A stretch of 64,000 nt of DNA from Macrostomum hystrix (Eukaryota; Animalia; Platyhelminthes), in contig CATNEN010000025.1 in NCBI GenBank assembly GCA_950097015.1, forward strand, positions 8,370,001-8,434,000, written 5' to 3'. Made by a program: the position numbers and the translations under genes. The notes beneath the pieces are model-generated. The model was not told the DNA's origin. It saw only the letters and a list, made by a program, of their open reading frames with translations, and searched no databases. Positions 40,751-52,589 of the stretch are shown here, one piece after another; positions within the stretch are counted from its first letter, which is position 1, and each line of letters starts with the position of its first letter.

Positions 40751-43700
40751 TTAGCTGATTGGCAGACCGAGAGCAGTCCTGACTCGCAACGCCCTAGCAA
40801 CTAGAGCCTCCCTGTGGCGCAACATAGCAGCGTCTTGGACGAAGTTCTGTTCACCGCCGCCCTCCCAGCTGCGATAATGATGCATGCCGGCTGTGTTAAA
40901 ATCAATGGAAACTGTGCCGCCACTGAAATAGCGCCAGACATTGTGCACACCCATGATGCGTACTTGGTGAGGCCGAACAATCATTTTCGATCTGGATCCG
41001 TGCGAATAGATAGTAACCTCGCGACGTAGTTTTAATAAAGCGCTCAGCTTCAACCCGGCAATGGTGGCGTTGGCCGCCATCAGTGGATCGCTCGGCCACT
41101 CCAGCCGGTAGAAAGAGTTCTGAAACGACAGCCCGCCAGTGCCACTGTCCGGCATCCGGGCACGGATTAGGTCGCGCCAATTATTAAACTCGGCACTGCG
41201 CGGCACAATCACTTCGTCCATGTCGGTGAACACTGCGAATTCGAACTCCTGCGAGGAGCGCAAAATGCAGTCCTGCAGCATGGCCATCTGGGCGAAGTAC
41301 TTCACGTCCTCCGTGTAGCCGGGTGGCAGGGGCCACACGTGAACTTTTACAGGCGGATGAAATGGCAGAATGGTCAAGTCCTTGGAGAACTACAAAAAGA
41401 TCGACGGAACAGCCAATCAGAGTTAAGCAGCCGCGGGTTAATGTCACTCTCTCCCAGCCAGTCAGATGTCACTCTCTCCCAGCCAGTCAGATGTCACTCT
41501 CTCCCAGCCAGTCAGATGTCACTCTCTCCCAGCCAGTCAGATGTCACTCTCTCACTACCAGTCAGATTTCACTCTCTCCCTGCCAGTCAGGTGTCACTCT
41601 TTCACTACCAGTCAGATTTCACTCTCTCACTACCAGTCAGATGTCACTCTCTCCCTGCCAGTCAGGTGTCACTCTCTCCCTGCCAGTCAGGTGTCACTCT
41701 TTCACTACCAGTCAGATTTCACTCTCTCACTACCAGTCAGATGTCACTCTCTCCCTGCCAGTCAGGTGTCACTCTCTCAATACCAGTCAGATTTCACTCT
41801 CTCACTACCAGTCAGATGTCACTCTCTCCCTGCCAGTCAGGTGTCACTCTCTCCCAGCCAGTCAGGAGTCAAACTTGCCTCTTTATTAGCTAGCAAACTG
41901 GTCATGCGCTGGCTAGTGGTGTGATTATACACAAAGAACCAATCGGCGCCGAAAATGCGATTTAGTTCAAACGTTTGCACCAGTTCGTCAACCTTGTCGT
42001 AATTGAGATTTAACGGCGTCACGCAGACGGCTATGCGACCATTGCGCACGGGTTCAGCAGGCAGGGACTGCACCTGATGGACTCCGTTTGGCTGGGCGCA
42101 GGCCGATCTGGGGGTGGGGGAACGCGGTTAAACTTCGGCTCAATTGGTTAAGGAACTGGAAAGAAGTGTGGATTAAATAGTAAATGGAGGGGAGGGGAGG
42201 AAGTGGAGATGGAAAAGTGGATAGGGGGAGCGCAGATCTACAAGGTGGAAGCGGAGGAGGGAGGGGAGAGGAGGGAGCGTAGATCTACAAGGTGGAAGCG
42301 GAGGACAGGGGGGAGAGGATGGAGCGCAGGTCTACAAGGTGGAAGCGGAGGACGGAGGGGAGAGGGGGAGCGGAAAAGATAGTAGAAGAGAGAAAAAGAG
42401 AGACGGGAGGCGGAGGGGGGGAGGCAGCGGGAGAAACGGAGGGGAGAAGCGGAGGAAGAAGCGGAGGGGGCAGAGGGAAGAAGCGGAGGGGCAGAGGGAA
42501 GAAGCGGAGGAGGGTAGAGGGAAGAAGCGGAGGGGAGAAGCGGAGGAGGAAGCGGAGGGGGGCAGAGGGGAGAAGCGGAGGGGGGCAGAGGGAAGAAGCG
42601 GAGGAGGCAGAGGGAAGAAGCGGAGGGGGGCAGAGGGAAAAAGCGGGGGGGAGAAGCGGAGGAGGAAGCGGAGGGGGGCAGAGGGGAGAAGCGGAGGGGG
42701 CAGAGGGAAGAAGCGGAGGGGGGCAGAGGGAAGAAGCGGAGGAGGGTAGAGGGAAGAAGCGGAGGGGAAAAGCGGAGGAGGAAGCGGAGGGGGGCAGAGG
42801 GGAGAAGCGGAGGGGGGCAGAGGGAAGAAGCGGAGGGGGGCAGAGGGAAAAAGCGGGGGGGAGAAGCGGAGGAGGAAGCGGAGGGGGGCAGAGGGGAGAA
42901 GCGGAGGGGGCAGAGGGAAGAAGCGGAGGGGGGCAGAGGGAAGAAGCGGAGGAGGGTAGAGGGAAGAAGCGGAGGGGAGAAGCGGAGGAGGAAGCGGAGG
43001 GGGGCAGAGGGGAGAAGCGGAGGGGGGCAGAGGGAAGAAGCGGAGGAGGCAGAGGGAAGAAGCGGAGGGGGGCAGAGGGAAAAAGCGGGGGGGAGAAGCG
43101 GAGGAGGAAGCGGAGGGGGGCAGAGGGAAGAAGTGGAGGAGGCAGAGGGAAGAAGCGGAGGAGGCAGAGGGAAGAAGCGGAGGGGAGAAGCGGAGGAGGA
43201 AAGCGGAGGGGGGCAGAGGGGAGAAGCGGAGGGGGGCAGAGGGAAGAAGCGGAGGAGGCAGAGGGAAGAAGGGGAGGAGGCAGAGGGAAGAAGCGGAGGG
43301 GGCAGAGGGAAGAAGCGGAGGGGGCAGAGGGGAGAAGCGGAGGGGGGCAGAGGCAAGAAGCGGAGGGGGCAGAGGGAAGAAGCGGAGGGGGGCAGAGGGA
43401 AGAAGCGGAGGGGGGCAGAGGGAAGAAGCGGAGGGGGCAGAGGGGAGAAGCGGAGGGAAGAAGCGGAGGGGTAGAGTGAAGAAGCGGAGGGGAGAAGCGG
43501 AGGCGGAAGCGGAGGCGGAGATGGGAACGGAGCGGAAGAAGCGAAGAGGAAAAGCTAAACGCCAACCTGGCAAACGACACCGCATAGGGAGCCTCTCCAT
43601 CTGGCGCCCGATTCTCGCAGCTGATTAGCACTGAGTCGTATCGCCTGCCGTTACCCTCCGGCACAACTTCCACGGTGGCAGGCACAGCGGCCATAACGTC

Positions 43701-44545
43701 CGTCAGTCGGCGATACCACAGCTGGCAGAGCAGGCCGTTGGTCCGGACGCTCAGAGCGATGCCGACCGCGCGCACAACCGGCCGACCGCTGGACTTATCT
43801 CGCCGGTCATAGTAGGCTGAGTAGGTAAGGACATCTTGGTCGTTCGGGTGGATGCTTAGAAAGCGAAGATCCTAGTAAGCGCGGTGTGGTGACATTTTGG
43901 GGGTTAGTGGCACAGCGGTTAACATGTTTGCCTTTCTCACTAAAGCTTTTGAAATTCTGAGATGCTTTTGAGCAGCGAGGAAAAGGCTTGGGTGAAGTTG
44001 AGCAGCTGAGAAAGTGTTGTTGCCTGTCAATGACAATGAAGTCATGCCCGATGTACACACCTATGTTTGTTGGCATAATGGAGATTACAACCATCATGCA
44101 CTAACGCTAAACTCACCTGAGCAGTGATGGGCGAAGACAGCGCAGTCTTATCGCACCAAGGCACCTTGCGCAGCTGATCGTGGGGCACATTAAGTGACAC
44201 GTGACCATCTGGCAGTGGCGGTGGATTCCTCAGGTCCAAGTGAAACACCGGCTTCTTCCGCTCTGGCACTGGATCCCTGTTAGCGTTTGATCCGGAATTA
44301 ACACTCAGGCGCGAATTAACCCGAGCATACTTAGCCAAGGGTGGCTCAACAATAATGTCTGGCAGTGGATTATCGGCCAAGTAACTGGTGTAAGCCAGTG
44401 CGTACAGTGCCCAACAGATGTAGAAGCCAAATGCAGCCACTAGGAAAGTGCAAAGCAATCTTCTGCGGCGCCAGAAATTTCCTTGCATTCTTACTAAAAA
44501 CTTGGCGAGGTCTGCAACAAAATGTTCAAATGACGAACTGTACAT
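40751..44545 (-). CDS. Glycosyltransferase family 92 (DUF23, GALT-1/GALS-like), type II membrane protein; exons 44117-44545, 43567-43871, 41879-42107, 40751-41389 (533 aa)
   Basis: In-frame splicing (CAG|GTGAGT, AG|GTTGGC, GAG|GCAAGT). N-terminal TM LLCTFLVAAFGFYICWALYAL and GT92 motifs TYSAYYDRR, LCQLWY, IAVCVTPL, FFVYN, QMAMLQDC, DxD in FTDMDEVIVP, RSKMIVRP and HHYR. The start could be the second Met at 44488. Confidence 0.9.
41442..41866. repeat. 25-bp minisatellite CACTCTCTCCCAGCCAGTCAGATGT filling GT92 intron 3
   Basis: Directly visible. Confidence 0.95.
42225..43540. repeat. GA/G-run-rich array (GAAGCGGAGGGGGGCAGAGGGAA variants) filling GT92 intron 2
   Basis: Directly visible; source of the long Pro/Leu/Ser and Gly/Arg/Glu ORFs. 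Confidence 0.95.
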
Positions 44546-46185
44546 TAGAACCTTAGAAAACAGGAATTTTTTAGAGCACTTAGTGAGCTATGAAAATTGA
44601 TAAAATAAATAAATTTATCTAACTTTTTCATTCTCATGATGCGAAGGCACAAATATATAAAAAAATTGCTAACTCAAGGCCTATTTGGAAAATCATTAAG
44701 CATTGTCAATAACAACTGTAAGTTAGGAAAGTGGCATAGTCAAATGCAAAAATGTAACAAAGCAATTTATCAATGCTCAAGACCATTAAAAATAATTTAG
44801 CACTGTACTAGCAATAGATTGGATAGATATAAAAGTTGTAACAGTGAATAAATTCAAGACTTCATATCCCATAGGTAGCACAACATAGTCTTTGTTGAGC
44901 AGTTTTATGATCTAGCTGATTTTGTGATTTTGTTGATGTTACATTTGAAGGACACAAAGGCACTTGGGTTTATGAATTGAAGAAGGGCGCTATTTGAGCA
45001 GCTCCAAATTGGCATGAGCATGAAGCTTGCTCTTATATTTCTTTACCCTTAAGGGCATTTAAGTTTCTAGCAAACAAGGTGTACTGTAACATCTAACATA
45101 ATACTACTGTAACATAATAGCATGCAGCATATGCAACAGTTGACTTTATACATTCAGACTATCAAACCTTAATCATTTAATTTAAGGCTATAGAAACCTT
45201 TTAGACATTAGTTATATTTTCAAATCATGTGGATAGTACATAAGGATATTTTCATTTTTCTTGATGACAAATACTATATAATAGTTTATCTATATTATAC
45301 TACTCATAGCCTTTTTAGTATGGACTCAAGCCTTCCATTTTTCTGATGTGCACTTAGCATGATCAAGACTGTGGACATGGGCTAACACAAAATCCATACA
45401 CAATGCAATGAACATTATTGGATAATTTTAATCACTACCTGACAACCATACCACTAATGTACAGTATTTTGCAGCATTATAGGCACAGCTGGCTAATTCT
45501 CCATAAAATGGGCAATGTTTTACTTTGTTTTGGGTAATTATTTTTCCTTTTGAAATTGCACGCCCTCATCATGAAATATTAGAAAACAGTGAAATAAAAT
45601 AAAATAATTGATGAAATAAAATGAACAATGGCATCACAATGAAATGAACAATGGCATCACAATGAAATGAACAGAGAACAACAAACAGCAATGAGTGAAA
45701 ATTGTCATTTGGTCAGTCATTCAGAAGAAAATTACAGTGGGTAGTAGTAACGAGCCACTACTAGAAATTTTGAAGCATAGAAATATTAACAATCAGGAGA
45801 ATTAAGATACACTTCTAAATTTTGCCCCCAGTCATTCCCAGCCCCAGAATGCAAAGCCTAGTCGACACCACTGACAAAATTCGTTTGATAAGCCATGTTT
45901 TTTAATCAACAATGTCATGACTCTAGTTAATGAAAGTCAAGATGTTAAGATTCACTTCAGCTTAGCAATACAACAACTAAGACAAAAAGACAAAAATAAA
46001 ATCTTTTTTTGACAAAGAAAACCAAGGATCTCATGAACATTAATCAACTGATATACAAATTGAGGTACTAAAAGCTAAAATATATAGGCCTAGTACTGGC
46101 AAAACAAACATAAGACATAGGCCCATATATATCCTAGCCTAAGTCATAATCATAATCAAAATCAAGTCATAACCTTGCCGATTCC

Positions 46186-47343
46186 CCATAGAAAGGAAGG
46201 TGGCATGTGTACGCCGGAATGAAATTCGGGCAGGGCTACCTATGTACGCCAAATGTAACCATATGTGCGCCGCGAATATACCGTAATGCACGCCGAATAT
46301 ACCGTAATGCACCCATGCACGCCGATTAGTTAATTGTTTATCAGCTTATTAGGACACTGAATGGACACCGATGAACGTATCACGAAGTTTTGGTCCCAAT
46401 GTATAGGCGTAGCGGTTCGGTCTATTTGAATAGCAGTAAGGTAAATTATTATTCGGCAGTAAATTGGGTCTTCAAATAATGAGATCGCTTAACGGTGAAT
46501 ACTGGCTATATGACTTAGAGATATGTTAGATGAATCAAGATTCACTTGAAAGCAGTTACGGCTAGAGTTGAAATTAGCCACACTTAAATAATAGCTAGCA
46601 CTCAGTCGTAGAACCAGAACCAGGGGGGGAGAGAGTCTTCCTGGAAAGGCCTAATTAGAACATTTGAATACGACTATATAGTATACTATAACAAATTCAT
46701 TATAAATATTAATTTAAAACCAAAGAAATATCTCTAACAATTATATCTAACGAAAATAATGTACATAATTCTAACTAGCATATAAAAATTACATTAATTA
46801 GAGAGACAACGTCACAAACGAACAAACGAACTAATTAATACAATTTAGCAGATTCAGACATTCATTCTGCTTCATTGTCGACGTCACGACGTGTATCCGT
46901 GTATGGTGTATTATAATAAAGTAAAAACCTTCCGTTGCATCGAATATTCGACAAGTTTGGTTGTTGTACTATACCAACAAGTTGAGTCTTTTTTAATTTG
47001 TTTAACTAAAGATGTTAAAATTACCATTTTAAACTATTTTATGTCATTTTAACTTATTTTAACTCATTCTTAGCAACTCGAACACACCCAAAGATTACCG
47101 TAAAGTTTTGGCAGAGATTTGAATAAGAATATACGGTAGACATAATAGAGAATTAGCACTGCCTCATATGCCAACCTTATATCCCATATTATGCCACATA
47201 TTTGTGGCGTACATGGCATATGCTGAATGTACGCCAACTGTTGCAAGGCAGACCAAATGTACGCCGAATGTACGCCAAATATCTTTGGCTATGCCTATGC
47301 ACGCCGGAATTTTCGACGAAAAAGGCCACCTTCCTGACTATGG
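46186..47343. mobile_element. Non-autonomous DNA transposon, 1158 bp, CCATAG termini, superfamily unassigned
   Basis: TIR CCATAG(AA/TC)AGGAAGGTGGC and perfect 8-bp TSD CCGATTCC at 46178-46185 and 47344-47351. Clusters of TG(T/C)ACGCC subterminal motifs at both ends; AT-rich non-coding middle. Confidence 0.85.
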
Positions 47344-47831
47344 CCGATTCCATGAACTGACATGTTTTAATAATTTTTTACTTTGCTACTGCTATAACTC
47401 AAATTGCAAACTTCAAAACCTAAAGCAAAAAATTGTTTTTTTTGTTGCGTTTTACGACAGATTCCTTAAAATTAAAAAATATTGTTTGCTTTACTATGAA
47501 AGTTTCCTATAAAGATGTAAATTTAAATACAGTCACATGGCTTCATCGTGCCGTAGTTCTATCCTAATGAGTACGATAACGGTGTAGGCCTAGGCCAAGC
47601 AGATAATTGTAAAGTACCGCACCGTTATATTCGTTCGATAACGACATGAAATTGTAGTAGAATATTGTTTACCATTGACTTTCTTAAACGCCAATTTCGG
47701 ACCATTGGAATTAAACGGTTTCTTGCTCAAGACTAGCAGTTCGCTTTAAAGAACTAAACTTCGCTTTAAAGAACTAAACTTGGCTTTAAAGAACTAAAAG
47801 AGCAGCTTCGACGTCATTGCCGTACCTAACT

Positions 47832-49974
47832 ATGAAGCAACTAAGTCTGAAGGTCGACAAAGAGAATGATCAAAACCAGAGTCTTGTTCTTCCTCCATAT
47901 AGTAGCACAAACAAGGCACCTTTCTTGTGTGATTTAATTGCATTTATTTTTTTCATTAAAGGACAGTGTCCATCTTTTAAGGAGGTTGAAGAAGAAGTGA
48001 AATTGTTGCTGCCTTCAACTGAAAAAACTGACAAGAAGGATAAGGAAAGAATTGCTAAAGCTGGTAGCAATAGGCCTATTGGTCTCTGTTTTACCAGGCC
48101 AACCAAAGTGACTATAACCCCTGCCAAGCCACCAATGTATGCTCAGTCTCAAGCTACTACATCTGCTGCTGTGCCCATCTTCACTTGCTATGCTAGCCCT
48201 GTTGATTGTAAATTCCAGACCAAGAAGATTCCAAAGTTGATAGAAACTACTTCTACTACTATGTTTACTTGTTATACAAGCCCAATTCAATGTCAAGTTA
48301 AGGCCCCAGCAAGTAAATTCAATGCTCCATTGTTAACTCTTTCCAATAAGCTACCAATGAATGAGTTTGTTCACGGTTCAGATGAATTTCATGTTTCATT
48401 TGTAAATGAAACATTGGACACATTTTCTGTCAACATTTCTATTGGACTTTCACAAACATTTGATTCTCTTCAAGCTTCAGCAGCAAATAGTTTTGCTATG
48501 CAATGTGTACCAAAGTCTCCAATCTTGCATATTAAAAGAAATGTAAGTAGTTCCAATTTATTTTATGTACTTCTATGGCCTACGTTTAACTACATTTTAA
48601 TGGCTTTGTTTTTAGTTTTAGTTTTAGTTTTCTTTATCTAAGCACAAAACATTAGTAACATGATTTGATACCATAATATAGTATATTTGTGTGCCATATA
48701 TATCGAGCAAATTGGTTATATACTGCATGGTTACACTACACTCATTGCTCAATGTGAGTGATTAGGCAACCAATGAAGAAGCAATTAACAATTAAAATCA
48801 ACTAACAAAAAATTAATTTGTACTTAAGTTGTATTTAAGTTGTAACAAAAATAAAGTTTATACTACTAAAATAGAATATCAGTATAGTACTTGTATTTAT
48901 CATGTGATTGATAATTAAACTTTGCTAAAACAAAGATCATTAAACCCTGAGATGTTAATGTTTTAAGGAAAACAAAAAACACAATATATAGTCGTGTATA
49001 TATATATATATTTATGCTAGTATATGATGGTTATTTTTCTGTAGGTTTTGCTGTTTTTAAGTTGTATTGATGTTTAGAATCTAGATTTTTTAAACAGCAT
49101 TTTGGGATGTGTGTAATTAACCTCAGTACAGTATCAGAAAAATGTAAATGTACAGAAATAAATTAGTCACCAGCTTTGTTCAGTGTCAGAATTTGTTAAT
49201 AAAGAGATAAAAATTGTGTTCATTTTTAACTAGAAGTGGTTCGAGATTTTTAATGCCCTTTTCTAATCCTATAACTCTTGTTTAGGATAGTTTATGCCTT
49301 TCTAATTTAGCTGTTATAAACTGCAAATAAACTTTAATATATTTTACTTGATTGCTTAGGTGCACCAGGAGCGCATGCTTCGCTGCCTAGCCGAGGTTGT
49401 GCCGGGCGTCCTGCTAGCGGCTCCGCACTGCAACGCCATCATGCTGGCCTTCGGAGCCAGCCTGCTGAGCTTGGACCAGGCTGTCCTGCTAGAATTCGTC
49501 GAACAACTTGACGAACAGAATCAGAAGGACGATGAGAACAATGACAACTATGGAGAGGACGAAGAGGATCGCGACGACTTTGATGACGAAGACGAAGACG
49601 AACACGATCCTTGGTCAGCGACGGTGCCCGGCGCAGCGGCTAAGCGCCAGCGCCAGCTAGTTTTCAGCCAGCTGTTGGGCGTGTCCGGCTTAGCCGATGC
49701 CATTCCACTCACTAGCATGCACGTCCTGCTGCGTCTGCCCCGCTCAGGGCTTGATGGCGGCGGCGGAGTTAGTGGCGGCCGGCCGCCTCCACCGTTCCGT
49801 CCGCGTCCGCAGTTTCGTCTTCGACCCTCCTGCAGTCTGATCCGGCTGACTCTGCCCTGCCGTCGCTGTCGTAACGGCGGTGTCGGCAGGCCGGCGGCTG
49901 GAACCGCGGAAGATTCCGTTTGGTTTCATTCGGCCACGCCTGTGCCGGGATATGCCCTGCCCGATGGCAACTGA
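47832..49974 (+). CDS. MAD2L1BP: p31comet / MAD2L1-binding protein (HORMA-like), divergent; exons 47832-48542 and 49360-49974 (441 aa in this model)
   Basis: Phase-0 splice AAT|GTAAGT..CTTAG|GTG. Colinear matches to recalled human p31comet: FLCDLIAFIFFIKGQCP~FTCELLKHIMYQRQQLP, IMLAFGASLLSLDQAVLLEF~LILLGGNALSPKEFYELDL, IPLTSMHVL~PPLMGTVVM, FRPRPQFRLRPSCSLIRLTLPC~FRPKLNYRVPSRGHKLTVTLSC and EDSVWFHSATPVPGY~EDYIWFQAPVTFKGF. The ORF-track start at 47817 is TTG. Confidence 0.75.
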
Positions 49975-50469
49975 ATTCAAGCCTTTTTTCGGACTAATTA
50001 CACATATAATTAAGCCCTATATAAACTAATGTGTGCACCAGCTAGTTATTGTCTATCGATTTAAGTAATTTTCCTCGTTTTCCTACTACACCGCTATGCA
50101 CACTGCCCTATATTTGTTTGTTTTATGCAATGCATTTCCTTAATGCTTAATTATATTTTATGGGCATTTTTTTAATGCATTCGTACTTGATCAGCGTGTT
50201 TTTCAATCGTCTAGTTTTTTTGCAACAACAATCTGCTTTACAGCATAAGAATAATTTATTTTCTTTGCATTCTCTGTACCTGGTTATTTTATTCGGATCT
50301 TTAAACCGCATATGCAATGTCCATTTTTATTTAATAGCATTTTAAGTAATCATTGAGTTGAAAAGTTCTAAATTAATTTGGTATACACTCGTATTTCTAT
50401 CCGTAACAATGCCCTAATCAGTGCTTTATCATTAAAATTTCTCTTAAAGTTTTCCCTTAAACTACTTTA

Positions 50470-50950
50470 AATTCTGTGCAGTGAGATGATATTGGCGATG
50501 ATTCTGTGCAGTGAGATGAGATTGGCGATGATTCTGTGCAGTAAGATGAGATTAATGATGATTCTGTGCAGTGAGATGAGATTGGCGATGATTCTGTGCA
50601 GTGAGATGAGATTGGCGATGTTTCTGTGCAGTGAGATGAGATTGGCGATGATTCTGTGCAGTGAGATGAGATTGGCGATGTTTCTGTGCAGTGAGATGAG
50701 ATTAATGATGATTCTGTGCAGTGAGATGAGATTAGCGATGATTCTGTGCAGTGAGATGAGATTGGCGATGTTTCTGTGCAGTGAGATGAGATTAATGATG
50801 ATTCTGTGCAGTGAGATGAGATTGGCGATGATTCTGTGCAGTGAGATGAGATTGGCGATGTTTCTGTGCAGTGAGATGAGATTAATGATGATTCTGTGCA
50901 GTGAGATGAGATTAGCGATGATTCTGTGCAGTGAGATGAGATTGGCGATT
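50470..50950. repeat. 30-bp minisatellite ATTCTGTGCAGTGAGATGAGATTGGCGATG, about 16 copies
   Basis: Directly visible. Confidence 0.97.
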
Positions 50951-51865
50951 TAAGTTCAGTTAAGTTAAGAACTTACGACTAATCATTAATGTAAATTTTG
51001 AAGGCATTCCAGAATAGTATCAATATATAACTATCTTTCGTGTTATATTCTCTATAGAAGAGACCAAACAGAATTTATTTATCGAAAGTCAATAGGAGAA
51101 AAGCAATTAAAATCTAGAAATTTTGATGAATGACATTTTATAGAATGAAAAGTCTCACAGAAGAGACGCATAAAATTAAGACAGGACAAGCATTGGAAGT
51201 ATAAGGTATAACATAAATCACAAAAGAATACATTCTTAGTTAACCAAACACACGTTTCAGAAGAAACATACTTTAACACGCAAGGGCAAACACCTAGTTT
51301 TCTTTTAGGAGACGTATACAAAACACAATGGGTAGAAGGACAAAATTACTTCTACTATTAAAGTGCAGAGATATACTCAGCTCTTGTAATCAAAATTAGT
51401 TTAAAAAGGCCGGATTAAATCTCGACGCCACATTAAAAAACACCGATAGTAAAATTAAAATTAATTTGATTCAAGAAAGTTATGCAACATGCATATTAAA
51501 GTCGAAAATTTAATTAACAAAAAACTGAATTTAATATGAAATGCAATCAGAAGTCAATATACAATCAACGATGTGTAACAATCTATAAATCAATGTCATT
51601 TCCGATCGCGCATGCAGTAATGCATGAATGGATGAATAATTTAGGATCGACTCGCTGCAAATGGCGCTCACTGGATGCACAGCAAGAAGGCATGGCTGAA
51701 TCTAAAGGACTCTGCATGGAAGTGGCGTTAAAATTTCATAAAAAGTTTCATACTTCATCGTTAGGTGTTCAATTGCAGGCATTGGTATTACTCCGAAAAG
51801 TTTAATTTCAGTTGTTTTTTATGTACCAACCACACTTTTCACAAGATTTTTTAAACTAACTTTGA

Positions 51866-52520
51866 TATCAGCTACTGCCAGGTACCTTATCAGCTACTGC
51901 CAGGTACAATATCAGCTACTGCCAGGTACCTTATCAGCTACTGCCAGGTACCTTATCAGCTACTGCCAGGTACAATATCAGCTACTGCCAGGTACCTTAT
52001 CAGCTACTGCCAGGTACCTTATCAGCTACTGCCAGGTACAATATCAGCTACTGCCAGGTACCTTATCAGCTACTGCCAGGTACAATATCAGCTACTGCTA
52101 GGTACCTTATCAGCTACTGCCAGGTACCTTATCAGCTACTGCCAGGTACAATATCAGCTACTGCTAGGTACCTTATCAGCTACTGCCAGGTACCTTATCA
52201 GCTACTGCTAGGTACCTTATCAGCTACTGCCAGGTACAATATCAGCTACTGCCGGGTACTATATAAGCTACTGCCAGGTACTATATCAGCTACTGCCGGG
52301 TACTATATAAGCTATTGCCAGGTACTATATCAGCTACTGCCGGGTACAATATCAGCTACTGCCGGGTACTATATAAGCTACTGCCAGGTACTATATAAGC
52401 TACTGCCGGGTACTATATCAGCTACTGCCGGGTACCATATAAGCTACTGCCGGGTACTATATAAGCTTCTGCCAGGTACTATATAAGCTACTGCCGGGTA
52501 CTATATCAGCCACTGCCAGT
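51866..52520. repeat. 22-bp minisatellite ATCAGCTACTGCCAGGTAC(CTT/AAT), grading to ATAAGCTACTGCCGGGTACTAT
   Basis: Directly visible. Confidence 0.96.
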
Positions 52521-52589
52521 CAGTCAGCCATTTACGAACCTCACAGAAGTCAAAGTAAGGCGGAAAATGGTCCGCAAGACACTACTCAC

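Noticed and set aside
47168-47512. Transposase ORF for the CCATAG element
   Set aside because: It crosses the element boundary, is made of subterminal repeats and has no DDE or Zn motifs.
48543-48641. C-terminal transmembrane anchor on ORF 47817-48641
   Set aside because: The hydrophobic tail lies past a strong GTAAGT donor and is T-rich intron sequence in the spliced model.
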